Shown here: piece after piece, positions 8,803 through 16,671 of the stretch | How positions within the stretch are numbered: position 1 is the first letter of the stretch | Layout of the letters: each line of letters starts with the position of its first letter | Origin: Candidatus Cloacimonadota bacterium | Lineage (GTDB): Bacteria > Cloacimonadota > Cloacimonadia > Cloacimonadales > TCS61 | Length of the DNA stretch: 35,617 nucleotides | NCBI GenBank assembly: GCA_034660955.1 | Contig: JAYEKK010000162.1 | Span: forward strand, 1-35,617 | Reading direction: 5' to 3' | Notes under the pieces: model-generated | Seen by the model: the letters and a program-made list of their open reading frames with translations, nothing else | What the model was told of the DNA's origin: nothing | Databases searched by the model: none | Made by a program: the position numbers and the translations under genes

Positions 8803-10927
8803 TATCTCTCCTGTAATTTTCTGTAGGTACCTTCACCATAAACTCAGCACCTTTTTCTTCACCTTCGCTTTTTGCTGTCAGTTTACCTTTCATTTCACTC
8901 ATTGCCAAAGCGCTTGTGTGAAGACCAAATCCTTTACCACCTTTTTTTGTTGAAAAACCATACGAAAAAATACTTTCTAAATTTATTTTTGCTATTCCGA
9001 TTCCATTGTCAACTATTTCAATAACTTGATAACCCTTATCTTCTAATATGTTTATGATTATAATTCTATCTTTCTCTTTTGCCTCTAGTGATTCTTTGGC
9101 ATTTTTAAGCAGATTCACAAATACCTGAATAAGTTTACCTTTTTCTATCAGAATGGGTTTTGTTTTGGAATAGTTCTTTTCGATCTTTATCTTATACTTT
9201 CTGAACATTTCTGAGTGCATTTTAAGAACATCATCCATCATCTTGGAAAGCTTAACCTTCTCTATTAATCCCGAAACTCCAGCATAACTCTGTTGCACTG
9301 CGATTATCTCCTCGATATGGTTTATTCCCTCATGAAGATTAGAAAGTTCTTCTAAGGAATTGTTTTGCTCATCTTTTAATGTTGTTCCCACTTTAATTAG
9401 ATATTCAGGGAGCATCTTTCCTTTTTCATCGGATGTTATGAATTTTCCTATATCGTCTTTATGCTCTTCCATTATGGAAAGAACTTGTTGCAGGCTGTTT
9501 ACTTTTGAAGATAATATCTTTTCTTTGAGAATTTGTGAAGACACTTTCACACTGTTGAGAACGTTTCCTACATTGTGCAGAATACCGGTAGCAATTTCTG
9601 CCATTCCGGCTCGATGAGCTGTATCTGTTAACATCTTTTGTGTTTCACGAAGTTCTTTCAAAGTACCGGAAAGCTGGTTTTTCTGTTTGGTTATCTGCTT
9701 GTTTTTCTGATTCAGTTCGGTGTTTGCATTTTCAATTAGGGTATTTTTTTGATTGAGGATAATATTTATTTTCTGCTTGGAACGGTAACGAGCGTAAATA
9801 ACAGAAGCAAGAATGAGAACGAGAACCGAAATAACGATAAATGAATTGCGAAGGTTTTGTTGTTTGTTGATCTCTAATTTCTGGATGTCGTTATCTTTCT
9901 TTAATATTTCATTTTCTTTTTCTTTTTTCTCGGTTTCGTATTTGGTTTGCATTTCGGCTATTTTTTCACTGCTTTCCTCGGTGAAAATGCTGTCTTTTAC
10001 TTCGGTGTAAAGTTTATAATACTCGAGAGCTTTTTGATAATCTTCTCTGGCTGTATATAGTTCTGAGAAGTTATTATAGCTGTTTTTTTGTAAGTGTTTT
10101 GATTCAATTTTATCAGCTATTTCTAATGCATTGTTAATATAAATAAATGCTTTTTTATAATTTTTAAGTTTAACATAAATCTGCCCGATATTTAGTGATG
10201 TGTTGGAAATACCCCAAATATCTCCTATTTCTTCTTTTAATTTTAATGCTTCAAGATAATATTCCAAAGACATACTGAAATTATTTAAATACCAATAATT
10301 TATTCCAAGATTGTTTAAACAAATTGCAATAAGTTTTTTGTTATCTGTTTTTTTGTATATTGTTAATGCAGAAAGATAATATTCTAGTGCTTCATCGTGA
10401 TTGTTTAATTGCATAGAAGCAATGCCAAGATTGATAAAATTCTTTGCCATAAGATCTTTATCGGAAATATCTTCACTTATTTTTAAAGAATTCAGGAAAA
10501 ATTCCTGCGCTTTATTATAATTTTCAATATTTAGATAAATAACTCCTAAATTATTATATGATTGTGAAATACCTAATTTGTTACCGATTTCTTCTCGTAT
10601 TTTTAATGAATTAATAAAATACTCTATTGATTTATCATAATCGTCTAAATAAAAATATATTCTGCCAATCTTGTCTGAGGAAGCAGCAACATCTTCTTTG
10701 CCTTTAATTTTTTTTGTTAATTCAAAAGCTTGCAATGCATAATCTAGTGATTTTGTATTTGAGACTGCATCATATGCTTTTATCAATTCATTCAAAATTT
10801 CTATTCTTTCATTGCCGTTAACTACATCTAATTTGCTTTCTAAACTATCTATTGCAGTTTGAGAAAAAATATTTTGATAAAATGTGAGTAAAAAGAAAAT
10901 AAAAAAACTTTTTATGAAAACTTTCAT
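8795..10927 (-). CDS. Membrane TPR-repeat sensor histidine kinase (paralog 2)
   Basis: Signal peptide, TPR repeats (SYNNLGVIY, CLNNLGINY), one TM helix (SFIVISVLVLILASVIY) and a coiled coil. H-box ILHNVGNVLN, N-box NLLKNAKES, DNGIG and GFGL. Confidence 0.93.
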   Translation of the reverse strand: MKVFIKSFFIFFLLTFYQNIFSQTAIDSLESKLDVVNGNERIEILNELIKAYDAVSNTKSLDYALQAFELTKKIKGKEDVAASSDKIGRIYFYLDDYDKSIEYFINSLKIREEIGNKLGISQSYNNLGVIYLNIENYNKAQEFFLNSLKISEDISDKDLMAKNFINLGIASMQLNNHDEALEYYLSALTIYKKTDNKKLIAICLNNLGINYWYLNNFSMSLEYYLEALKLKEEIGDIWGISNTSLNIGQIYVKLKNYKKAFIYINNALEIADKIESKHLQKNSYNNFSELYTAREDYQKALEYYKLYTEVKDSIFTEESSEKIAEMQTKYETEKKEKENEILKKDNDIQKLEINKQQNLRNSFIVISVLVLILASVIYARYRSKQKINIILNQKNTLIENANTELNQKNKQITKQKNQLSGTLKELRETQKMLTDTAHRAGMAEIATGILHNVGNVLNSVKVSSQILKEKILSSKVNSLQQVLSIMEEHKDDIGKFITSDEKGKMLPEYLIKVGTTLKDEQNNSLEELSNLHEGINHIEEIIAVQQSYAGVSGLIEKVKLSKMMDDVLKMHSEMFRKYKIKIEKNYSKTKPILIEKGKLIQVFVNLLKNAKESLEAKEKDRIIIINILEDKGYQVIEIVDNGIGIAKINLESIFSYGFSTKKGGKGFGLHTSALAMSEMKGKLTAKSEGEEKGAEFMVKVPTENYRRDNE

Positions 10928-13161
10928 TTTGAATTTACCGGAATACTTACAATAAATTTTGCACCTTTCCCTTTGCCTTCACTTTCCGCTATTAATTTTC
11001 CTTTCATTTCAGTCATTGCCAGCACACTAGTGTGAAGTCCGAAACCTTTGCCATCTTTCTTTGTGGAAAAACCATATGAAAAAATTCTTCTTAAATTCTT
11101 TTCTACTATACCCATTCCGTTATCAACTATTTCAATAACTTGATAACCCTTATCTTCTAATATGTTTATGATTATAATTCTATCTTTCTCTTTTGCCTCT
11201 AGTGATTCTTTAGCATTTTTTAATAAATTCACAAAAACCTGAATAAGTTTACCTTTCTCTATCAGGATAGGTTCGGTTTTAGAATACTCTTTTGTGATCT
11301 TTATCTTATATTTGCGGAATATTTCTGAGTGCATTTTAAGAATATCATCCATCATCTTGGAAAGCTTAACCTTCTCTATTAGTCCCGAAACTCCGGCATA
11401 ACTCTGCTGTACTGCTATTATCTCCTCGATGTGATTGATTCCCTTGTGAAGATTAGAAAGTTCTTCTAAGGAATTGTTTTGCTCATCTTTTAAAGCTGTT
11501 CCCACTTTCAGCAAATAGGGAGGAAGCATCTTTCCCTTCTCATCGGAAGAAATGTATTCTCCAAGGTTATCCGTATGTTCTTCTATTATGGATAAAACTT
11601 TTTGCAGGTTATTTACTTTTGATGATTTTATCTTTTCTTTGAGGATTTGCGAAGATACTTTCACGCTATTCAGAACATTTCCTACATTGTGCAGAATACC
11701 GGTGGCGATCTCTGCCATTCCCGCACGATGAGCTGTATCGGTTAACATTTTTTGGGTTTCACGAAGCTCATTTAAAGTTTCGGAAAGCTGGTTTTTTTGT
11801 TTGTTGATCTGTCTATTTTTTTGGTTTAGTTCTGTATTTGTGTTTTCTATTACATTGTTTTTTTGATTGAGAATGACATTTGTTTTCTGTTTGGAACGAT
11901 AACGAGCATATATAATAAAGACAACGAAAAGAATAAGGATAGAAATAACGATAAACGAATTACGGAGGTTTTGTTGTTTGTTGATTTCAAGTTTCTGGAT
12001 TTTGTTATCTTTCTTTAATATTACGTTTTCTTTTTCTTTTTTCTCTGTTTCATACTTAGTCTGCATCTCTGCAATTTTTCCACTGCTTTCTTCGGTGAAG
12101 ATACTGTCTTTTATCTCTGTGTAGAGCTTGAAATATTCGAGAGATTTTTTGTAATCATTTTTTATTGAATACAAATTGGAAAGAGAGTGGTAGCTGTTTT
12201 TTTTTAAAGATTTAGCTTCGACTTCTTCTGCCAATTTCAAACTTCTCAGAAAATAAGAAAGAGCTTCATCATAATTTTCCAATAGAAAATATAATTCTCC
12301 AATGTTATTGGATGTATTGGCAATGCTGAATTTTTCTTCCATTTCTTCAGAAATTTTTAATGATGTGAAAGAATATTGTAATGCTTTATCATAATTTCCC
12401 GAAATTTGGAAAACAAAGGCAATATTGTTTGAAGCAGCAGCTATACCGAATTTTTTATCCAGTTCTTCATAAATTCTTAATGATTTAATAAAATGTTTTA
12501 AACTTTTTTCATAGTCCGTTAGCACATAATAAATATTCCCGATATTGTTATTAGTAATAGCAATACCATCTTTATCATCAATTTCTTCATAAATTTGTAA
12601 TGAATGACCATAATATTCCAGTGCAATAGAATGCTTACCTATTTCCCAATTTATATTACCAATATTATTTAATGATGCTGCAATATCTTTCTTATCTCCA
12701 ATATTTTCTCTTATCTTCATCGATCTTAGATAATATGCAAGAGATTCATCGTATTTGCTTAGATTGTTATAGACCAAGCCGATATTATTTAACGTCTGAG
12801 CAATGTCCTTTTTGTTTTCAATATCTTCAAATATTTGCAATGCTTCAAAGAAAATTTCTATTGATCTATTGTATTCACTAGAAAGGTAATATGCTGTTGC
12901 AATATTATTTAGAGCTTTTGCCTTTCCTTCTTTATAATCAATTTTTTTTGATAATTCCAAGGCTTGTTTACCATAATCCATCGTTTTTTCTGGTAAATTG
13001 CTTTTATATGCTTGTGCTAATTCGTTCAGAACTTCCACTTTTTTCTTATTATCAACGATTTTTAGTTGTGTTTCCAGACTATCGATTTTTGTTTGAGCAA
13101 ATAAGTTTAAAGGTAACATTAATAAGAGGAAAACAAAAAAACTTTTTATTAGTACTTTCAT
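10924..13161 (-). CDS. Membrane TPR-repeat sensor histidine kinase (paralog 1)
   Basis: Same architecture as 8795-10927 with a longer TPR region. Its stop overlaps that gene's start (ATGA). Confidence 0.93.
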   Translation of the reverse strand: MKVLIKSFFVFLLLMLPLNLFAQTKIDSLETQLKIVDNKKKVEVLNELAQAYKSNLPEKTMDYGKQALELSKKIDYKEGKAKALNNIATAYYLSSEYNRSIEIFFEALQIFEDIENKKDIAQTLNNIGLVYNNLSKYDESLAYYLRSMKIRENIGDKKDIAASLNNIGNINWEIGKHSIALEYYGHSLQIYEEIDDKDGIAITNNNIGNIYYVLTDYEKSLKHFIKSLRIYEELDKKFGIAAASNNIAFVFQISGNYDKALQYSFTSLKISEEMEEKFSIANTSNNIGELYFLLENYDEALSYFLRSLKLAEEVEAKSLKKNSYHSLSNLYSIKNDYKKSLEYFKLYTEIKDSIFTEESSGKIAEMQTKYETEKKEKENVILKKDNKIQKLEINKQQNLRNSFIVISILILFVVFIIYARYRSKQKTNVILNQKNNVIENTNTELNQKNRQINKQKNQLSETLNELRETQKMLTDTAHRAGMAEIATGILHNVGNVLNSVKVSSQILKEKIKSSKVNNLQKVLSIIEEHTDNLGEYISSDEKGKMLPPYLLKVGTALKDEQNNSLEELSNLHKGINHIEEIIAVQQSYAGVSGLIEKVKLSKMMDDILKMHSEIFRKYKIKITKEYSKTEPILIEKGKLIQVFVNLLKNAKESLEAKEKDRIIIINILEDKGYQVIEIVDNGMGIVEKNLRRIFSYGFSTKKDGKGFGLHTSVLAMTEMKGKLIAESEGKGKGAKFIVSIPVNSK

Positions 13162-13247
13162 TTTGAACTTACCGGAATACTCACAATATAATTTTCACCT
13201 TTATCTACATCATCACTTTCTAAGATTAATTTACCCTTCATTTCAAT
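13158..13247 (-). pseudogene. 3'-terminal relic of a third TPR-kinase paralog
   Basis: Translates to (IE)MKGKLILESDDVDKGENYIVSIPVSSK*, versus TEMKGKLIAESEGKGKGAKFIVSIPVNSK* at the C-terminus of 10924-13161. It has the same ATGA overlap with the next gene. Confidence 0.85.
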
Positions 13248-13362
13248 CCTATGCTTATTACTTTTCTTCGTATAAGGCTTTACATTCGGTATTTACAGGA
13301 TGCTTTGACAATAAACAACTGAATATTAAACATATATAATATTAATATATTTAATGAAACCA

Positions 13363-13391
13363 AAATTATTAAGTTAAATTATCTATGTCAA
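13363..13391 (-). promoter_or_regulatory. Putative sigma70 promoter of the signalling operon
   Basis: Minus strand TTGACA (13391-13386), 17-nt spacer, TAATTT (13368-13363). The AT-rich context weakens the call. Confidence 0.4.
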
Positions 13392-13469
13392 AGAAAAAGT
13401 AATTCGATAATATTATTAAAATTTATGTGTTGATAATTTTTTGAGATGTGAAACTAGAACAGGATTCTA

Positions 13470-14168
13470 TTAGATACCTGGATGGTGTACCTTGTTGTTC
13501 ATTTCCCAGGGTTTTGAGAGAAAATGATGAAGTATCAATCTGGTTTTTCCTTCAATTTCAATCGGGATATTCTCAATGTATTTATCCAAAACAGTGAAAA
13601 CATTAAACTTTATGCTTTCTCTTTTTGCAACTTCATCAATTATTTTAATTCCATCTTCAATAATATCGGCAGTAGTATGTTCCATTAAGTTCGTATTGCA
13701 AATAAATTCTGTAATTTCTAATTTAGACGCAAATTTCAACATCTTCAACATTTCAGTAATCCCGTCTGCATCAGCAGTAAATGGGCGTTTTGTGTTGATT
13801 ACCAAACGCATTTTGTATCCACGCTTCTTAATATTATCCACATATCTGGCAAGAGTTCTGCATCCGGCTGGATCTCCACCAACATCAAGAATGACAGTTT
13901 CATCATAATTTTGTACAGCTCCCATAATTCTGGGTGAGAGCATGGGAAGATCGGCATGTTGGAATTCGCCTTCAGGAGCAATTACTGTAATGCCTTCTTC
14001 TGCAAATTTGTCTTTTACATCTCTGCTACGGAAATATGGGTTTACAACATCAAGGTCTACCAAGGTAACTTTTTCTCCTTTCAGAGACAACCCTCGTGCT
14101 AAATTTATTGAATATTCGCTTTTACCACTGCCGTAAGCACCAATTATAACTATAAGTTCTTTATTCAT
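13470..14168 (-). CDS. P-loop NTPase (MinD/CobQ-like ATP-binding protein)
   Basis: Walker A GAYGSGKSE, DLDVVNPYFRSR and ILDVGGD motifs. Confidence 0.8.
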   Translation of the reverse strand: MNKELIVIIGAYGSGKSEYSINLARGLSLKGEKVTLVDLDVVNPYFRSRDVKDKFAEEGITVIAPEGEFQHADLPMLSPRIMGAVQNYDETVILDVGGDPAGCRTLARYVDNIKKRGYKMRLVINTKRPFTADADGITEMLKMLKFASKLEITEFICNTNLMEHTTADIIEDGIKIIDEVAKRESIKFNVFTVLDKYIENIPIEIEGKTRLILHHFLSKPWEMNNKVHHPGI

Positions 14169-14220
14169 ATTTCCTCAATTCTAATTACCAATTAAAACAA
14201 AATTCTAATATCACTATTAA

Positions 14221-14244
14221 TTGTCAAAAAAATCTTTTTGACAA
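14221..14244. promoter_or_regulatory. Back-to-back TTGACA boxes between divergent genes
   Basis: TTGTCAAAAA-AATC-TTTTTGACAA inverted repeat gives TTGACA on both strands. The best -10 candidates are only 14-15 nt away, which is non-canonical. Confidence 0.35.
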
Positions 14245-14289
14245 GATGAACCCGATAATAGAAAGGTAATAAAAAAATCGGAGTTAGAT

Positions 14290-15033
14290 TTGAAGAAAAT
14301 TATTTTGTTTGCATTCATCTTGTTGATGTTGGGTTCTCTTTTTGCAGAAGATTATCTCGACATCAATTTTTTTATAGAACCACGGTTTGAGCATGACCAA
14401 ATAAATATGGTAAATTTTCTGGTTAAAAACATTAGGAATGATTCGATACGGCAAGTGAATGCTTTTGCTGGTCGGCTATTGGAATATCCGCAATCAGACA
14501 GCTTAACAGCAATGTTTATTAATGCGTTAGAACCCGAAATAATTTCTCCAGTAGATTATTTTTTCTATGATAAAAGTATTAACCACAACCTGCTTATTTC
14601 CAATATTGAGAGTGATTCAATTCCAATTATTAAGAATAAAATAATTCAATGTGATTCATTTAAGGTTGGGATATTTTCTCTTTATACACCGGATTTTGTA
14701 GTTAAGAATAAAATTGCCGATCATGTAAGATTGGATACTAAAGTTTTTGAAATTGCCAAGAAACAAGCAAAATTCTTAGAAAAAAAAACTGATTATGTTA
14801 TCATGCTTTCAAATTTAACTAAATATATTGATAATGACATAGTTAAGGATATTGAAGTCGATGCAGTTGTAAGTTTTGATTATCAAAAGAAAAGGAATGA
14901 ACTGCTTTCTAACAGGAACACGAATTTCTATAGTATTCTTACCAAAAATGGTAATTATGGGAAATTACGTTTAACATATCATAATGGAAAAGTTCGAGGG
15001 AAATGGAAAGAGATTGAGTTTGGAAAACCATAA
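14290..15033 (+). CDS. Exported protein resembling a degenerate 5'-nucleotidase/metallophosphoesterase N-domain
   Basis: TTG start after GGAG and a signal peptide (MKKIILFAFILLMLGSLFA). KVGIFSLYTP...DYVIMLSNL...EVDAVVS...YGKLRL follows the order of 5'-nucleotidase secondary-structure motifs but lacks the His ligands. Confidence 0.5.
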   Translation: MKKIILFAFILLMLGSLFAEDYLDINFFIEPRFEHDQINMVNFLVKNIRNDSIRQVNAFAGRLLEYPQSDSLTAMFINALEPEIISPVDYFFYDKSINHNLLISNIESDSIPIIKNKIIQCDSFKVGIFSLYTPDFVVKNKIADHVRLDTKVFEIAKKQAKFLEKKTDYVIMLSNLTKYIDNDIVKDIEVDAVVSFDYQKKRNELLSNRNTNFYSILTKNGNYGKLRLTYHNGKVRGKWKEIEFGKP

Positions 15034-15154
15034 CTCACCCTCTGTCCCTCTCTTCAAGAGAGGGAAGCCGGAGAAAATGTGAAAGAGAGAATATTCTTCT
15101 TGCACCTCTTAATTTCCCCTTCTTTTTTAAGAGAAGGGGTTAGGGGATGAGTCA
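15031..15154 (+). repeat. Palindromic direct repeat copy 1 (REP-doublet/REPIN-like)
   Basis: TAACTCACCCTCTGTCCCTCTCTT-C-AAGAGAGGGAAGCCGGAGAAAATGTGAAAGAGA...TTTCCCCTTCTTTTTTAAGAGAAGGGGTTAGGGGATGAGTCA. Two internal hairpins plus complementary outer ends ACTCA/TGAGT. Confidence 0.92.
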
Positions 15155-15512
15155 GGTAAGAACAACTGCAATTCAAACAGCACGAGATTTGAGACAAAAG
15201 ACAACAAAAGCAGAAAGTACTTTTTGGGAAGTCATCAGAAACAGAAAAATAGATAATTATAAATTCAATCGTCAATTTCCAATTTATTTTGAATACGAAG
15301 AACAAGAAAGATTTTTCATAGCAGATTTTTATTGTCACAAAAGAAGATTAATTATTGAAATAGATGGTGGGATTCACGAACAACAAAAAGATTATGATAT
15401 GCTAAGAACAGAAATAATAAATAAATTAGGATTTAAAGTTATTAGATTTAGTAATGAGTTTGTAATGAATAATTTGAGTACAGTTATTGCAGAGTTGAAA
15501 AGAAATTTATGA
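15147..15512 (+). CDS. DUF559 (Vsr-like, restriction-endonuclease fold) protein
   Basis: ARDLRQKTTKAESTFW, FNRQFPI, FIADFYC, LIIEIDGGIH, YDMLRT and LGFKVIRFSNE are the typical DUF559 motif series. Confidence 0.9.
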   Translation: MSQVRTTAIQTARDLRQKTTKAESTFWEVIRNRKIDNYKFNRQFPIYFEYEEQERFFIADFYCHKRRLIIEIDGGIHEQQKDYDMLRTEIINKLGFKVIRFSNEFVMNNLSTVIAELKRNL

Positions 15513-15634
15513 AAATTAACTCACCCTCTGTCCCTCTCTTGCAAGAGAGGGAAGCCGGAGAAAATGTGAAAGAGAAAAAAATCTTGAACTTCTCGATTTC
15601 CCCTTCTTTTTTAAGAGAAGGGGTTAGGGGATGA
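15509..15634 (+). CDS. Putative 41-aa linker mini-ORF reading through repeat copy 2
   Basis: [45 protein letters not shown] overlaps with the DUF559 stop and with the next ATG. Confidence 0.35.
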   Translation: MKINSPSVPLLQEREAGENVKEKKILNFSISPSFLREGVRG

Positions 15635-15638
15635 GTCA
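15517..15638 (+). repeat. Palindromic direct repeat copy 2
   Basis: Near-identical to copy 1 in both arms (hairpin TCCCTCTCTT-GC-AAGAGAGGGA). It differs mainly in the ~25-nt central spacer. Confidence 0.92.
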
Positions 15639-15699
15639 AGATAGAGAAGGTAAAAAAAATCGTTTCTCTACGAAAAGCCGATTAATTGTTAGGGGATGA
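15631..15699 (+). CDS. Putative 22-aa linker mini-ORF
   Basis: [26 protein letters not shown] overlaps at both ends, the second with the xerC start. Confidence 0.35.
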   Translation: MSQDREGKKNRFSTKSRLIVRG

Positions 15700-16604
15700 A
15701 TATGCAAAAAGCTATTGAAGAATTCATAAATACATTGATATCAAGGGGTCTGTCTGAGTATACAATAACTGCTTATAAAAAAGATCTTTTACAGCTTCAA
15801 GATTTCTTAACGAAGTATTTTGAAGATGGAGATGTAAAAGTTGATCAGATCACACGATTGTTTCTGCGTGATTTTCTGCGCTATTTAAGTATTAATGACA
15901 GGAATAACCGTACACTTGCACGTAAAGCAACAACTATGAAGAATTTCTTCCAATTCTGTGAAAAGAATGAATATCTAGTTAAAAATCCAGCTTCGAATCT
16001 CCACATTCCAAAATTTGAGAAAAACCTGCCAAAATGTTTCTCTGAAAAAGAGATGGAAGAATTATTGAATATCCCCGATCTCTCCAGTAAATTCGGAATC
16101 CGTAACCGAGCAATTTTGGAATTGATATATTCCAGCGGTTTAAGAATTAGTGAGATCTCAGGATGTAAAATAGGGCAAATCAATTTGCAGGAGAAACTGA
16201 TCAGAGTAATCGGGAAAGGAAATAAAGAGCGGATCGTGCCGATTAGCAGTAAAGCGAAAATTGCTATCAGAAATTATGAAAAAACACGCGAGCAGTTTGA
16301 ATCACGATTCAGTGATGATAGTTTCTTCTTATCAAAAAGCGGAAGACCGCTTTCTCCAAATGAGATTAGGGAAATATTATCACGTTACCTGAATTTAGTT
16401 GCAAAGACTAAAGGTTATTCACCACATACAATCCGTCATTCATTTGCAACTCATTTATTGGCTCGTGGAGCTGATTTAAGAGCTGTTCAGGAAATGTTGG
16501 GTCACACAAATTTATCTACTACAGAGATCTATACGCATCTTACTTTAAAAGATTTGAAAAAAGTGTATGAACAGGCGCATCCCAGAAGTGATAAGAAAGA
16601 TTAA
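15696..16604 (+). CDS. xerC: Tyrosine recombinase XerC/XerD
   Basis: [25 protein letters not shown] and [29 protein letters not shown]...TTEIYTH give the complete R-K-H-R-H-Y catalytic set. XerC versus XerD is not certain. Confidence 0.88.
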   Translation: MNMQKAIEEFINTLISRGLSEYTITAYKKDLLQLQDFLTKYFEDGDVKVDQITRLFLRDFLRYLSINDRNNRTLARKATTMKNFFQFCEKNEYLVKNPASNLHIPKFEKNLPKCFSEKEMEELLNIPDLSSKFGIRNRAILELIYSSGLRISEISGCKIGQINLQEKLIRVIGKGNKERIVPISSKAKIAIRNYEKTREQFESRFSDDSFFLSKSGRPLSPNEIREILSRYLNLVAKTKGYSPHTIRHSFATHLLARGADLRAVQEMLGHTNLSTTEIYTHLTLKDLKKVYEQAHPRSDKKD

Positions 16605-16640
16605 AAAAAGCCTTCAAGACCAATAATATCCTGAAGGCTT
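16603..16640 (-). terminator. Intrinsic terminator between convergent xerC and ppi
   Basis: Stem AAGCCTTCA (16608-16616) / TGAAGGCTT (16632-16640). The A-run at 16603-16609 gives a U-tail on the minus strand. Confidence 0.65.
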
Positions 16641-16671
16641 AATTTGACACTTAAACAACTAAACTATTCAA

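Noticed and set aside
15054-15338. 94-aa minus-strand ORF
   Set aside because: Antisense shadow of DUF559 and the repeat, with no recognisable motifs.
15031-15638. CRISPR array or IS element
   Set aside because: Only two long repeats separated by a gene. No cas genes, transposase, element-level terminal inverted repeats or target duplication.
15031-16604. Integron (attC-like TAAC...GTTAGG repeats around a cassette next to a tyrosine recombinase)
   Set aside because: The recombinase is a typical ~300-aa Xer protein without the IntI-specific insertion, and it lies downstream and co-oriented. The repeats do not match RYYYAAC/GTTRRRY exactly and fold as two internal hairpins. An attC covariance-model search would settle it.
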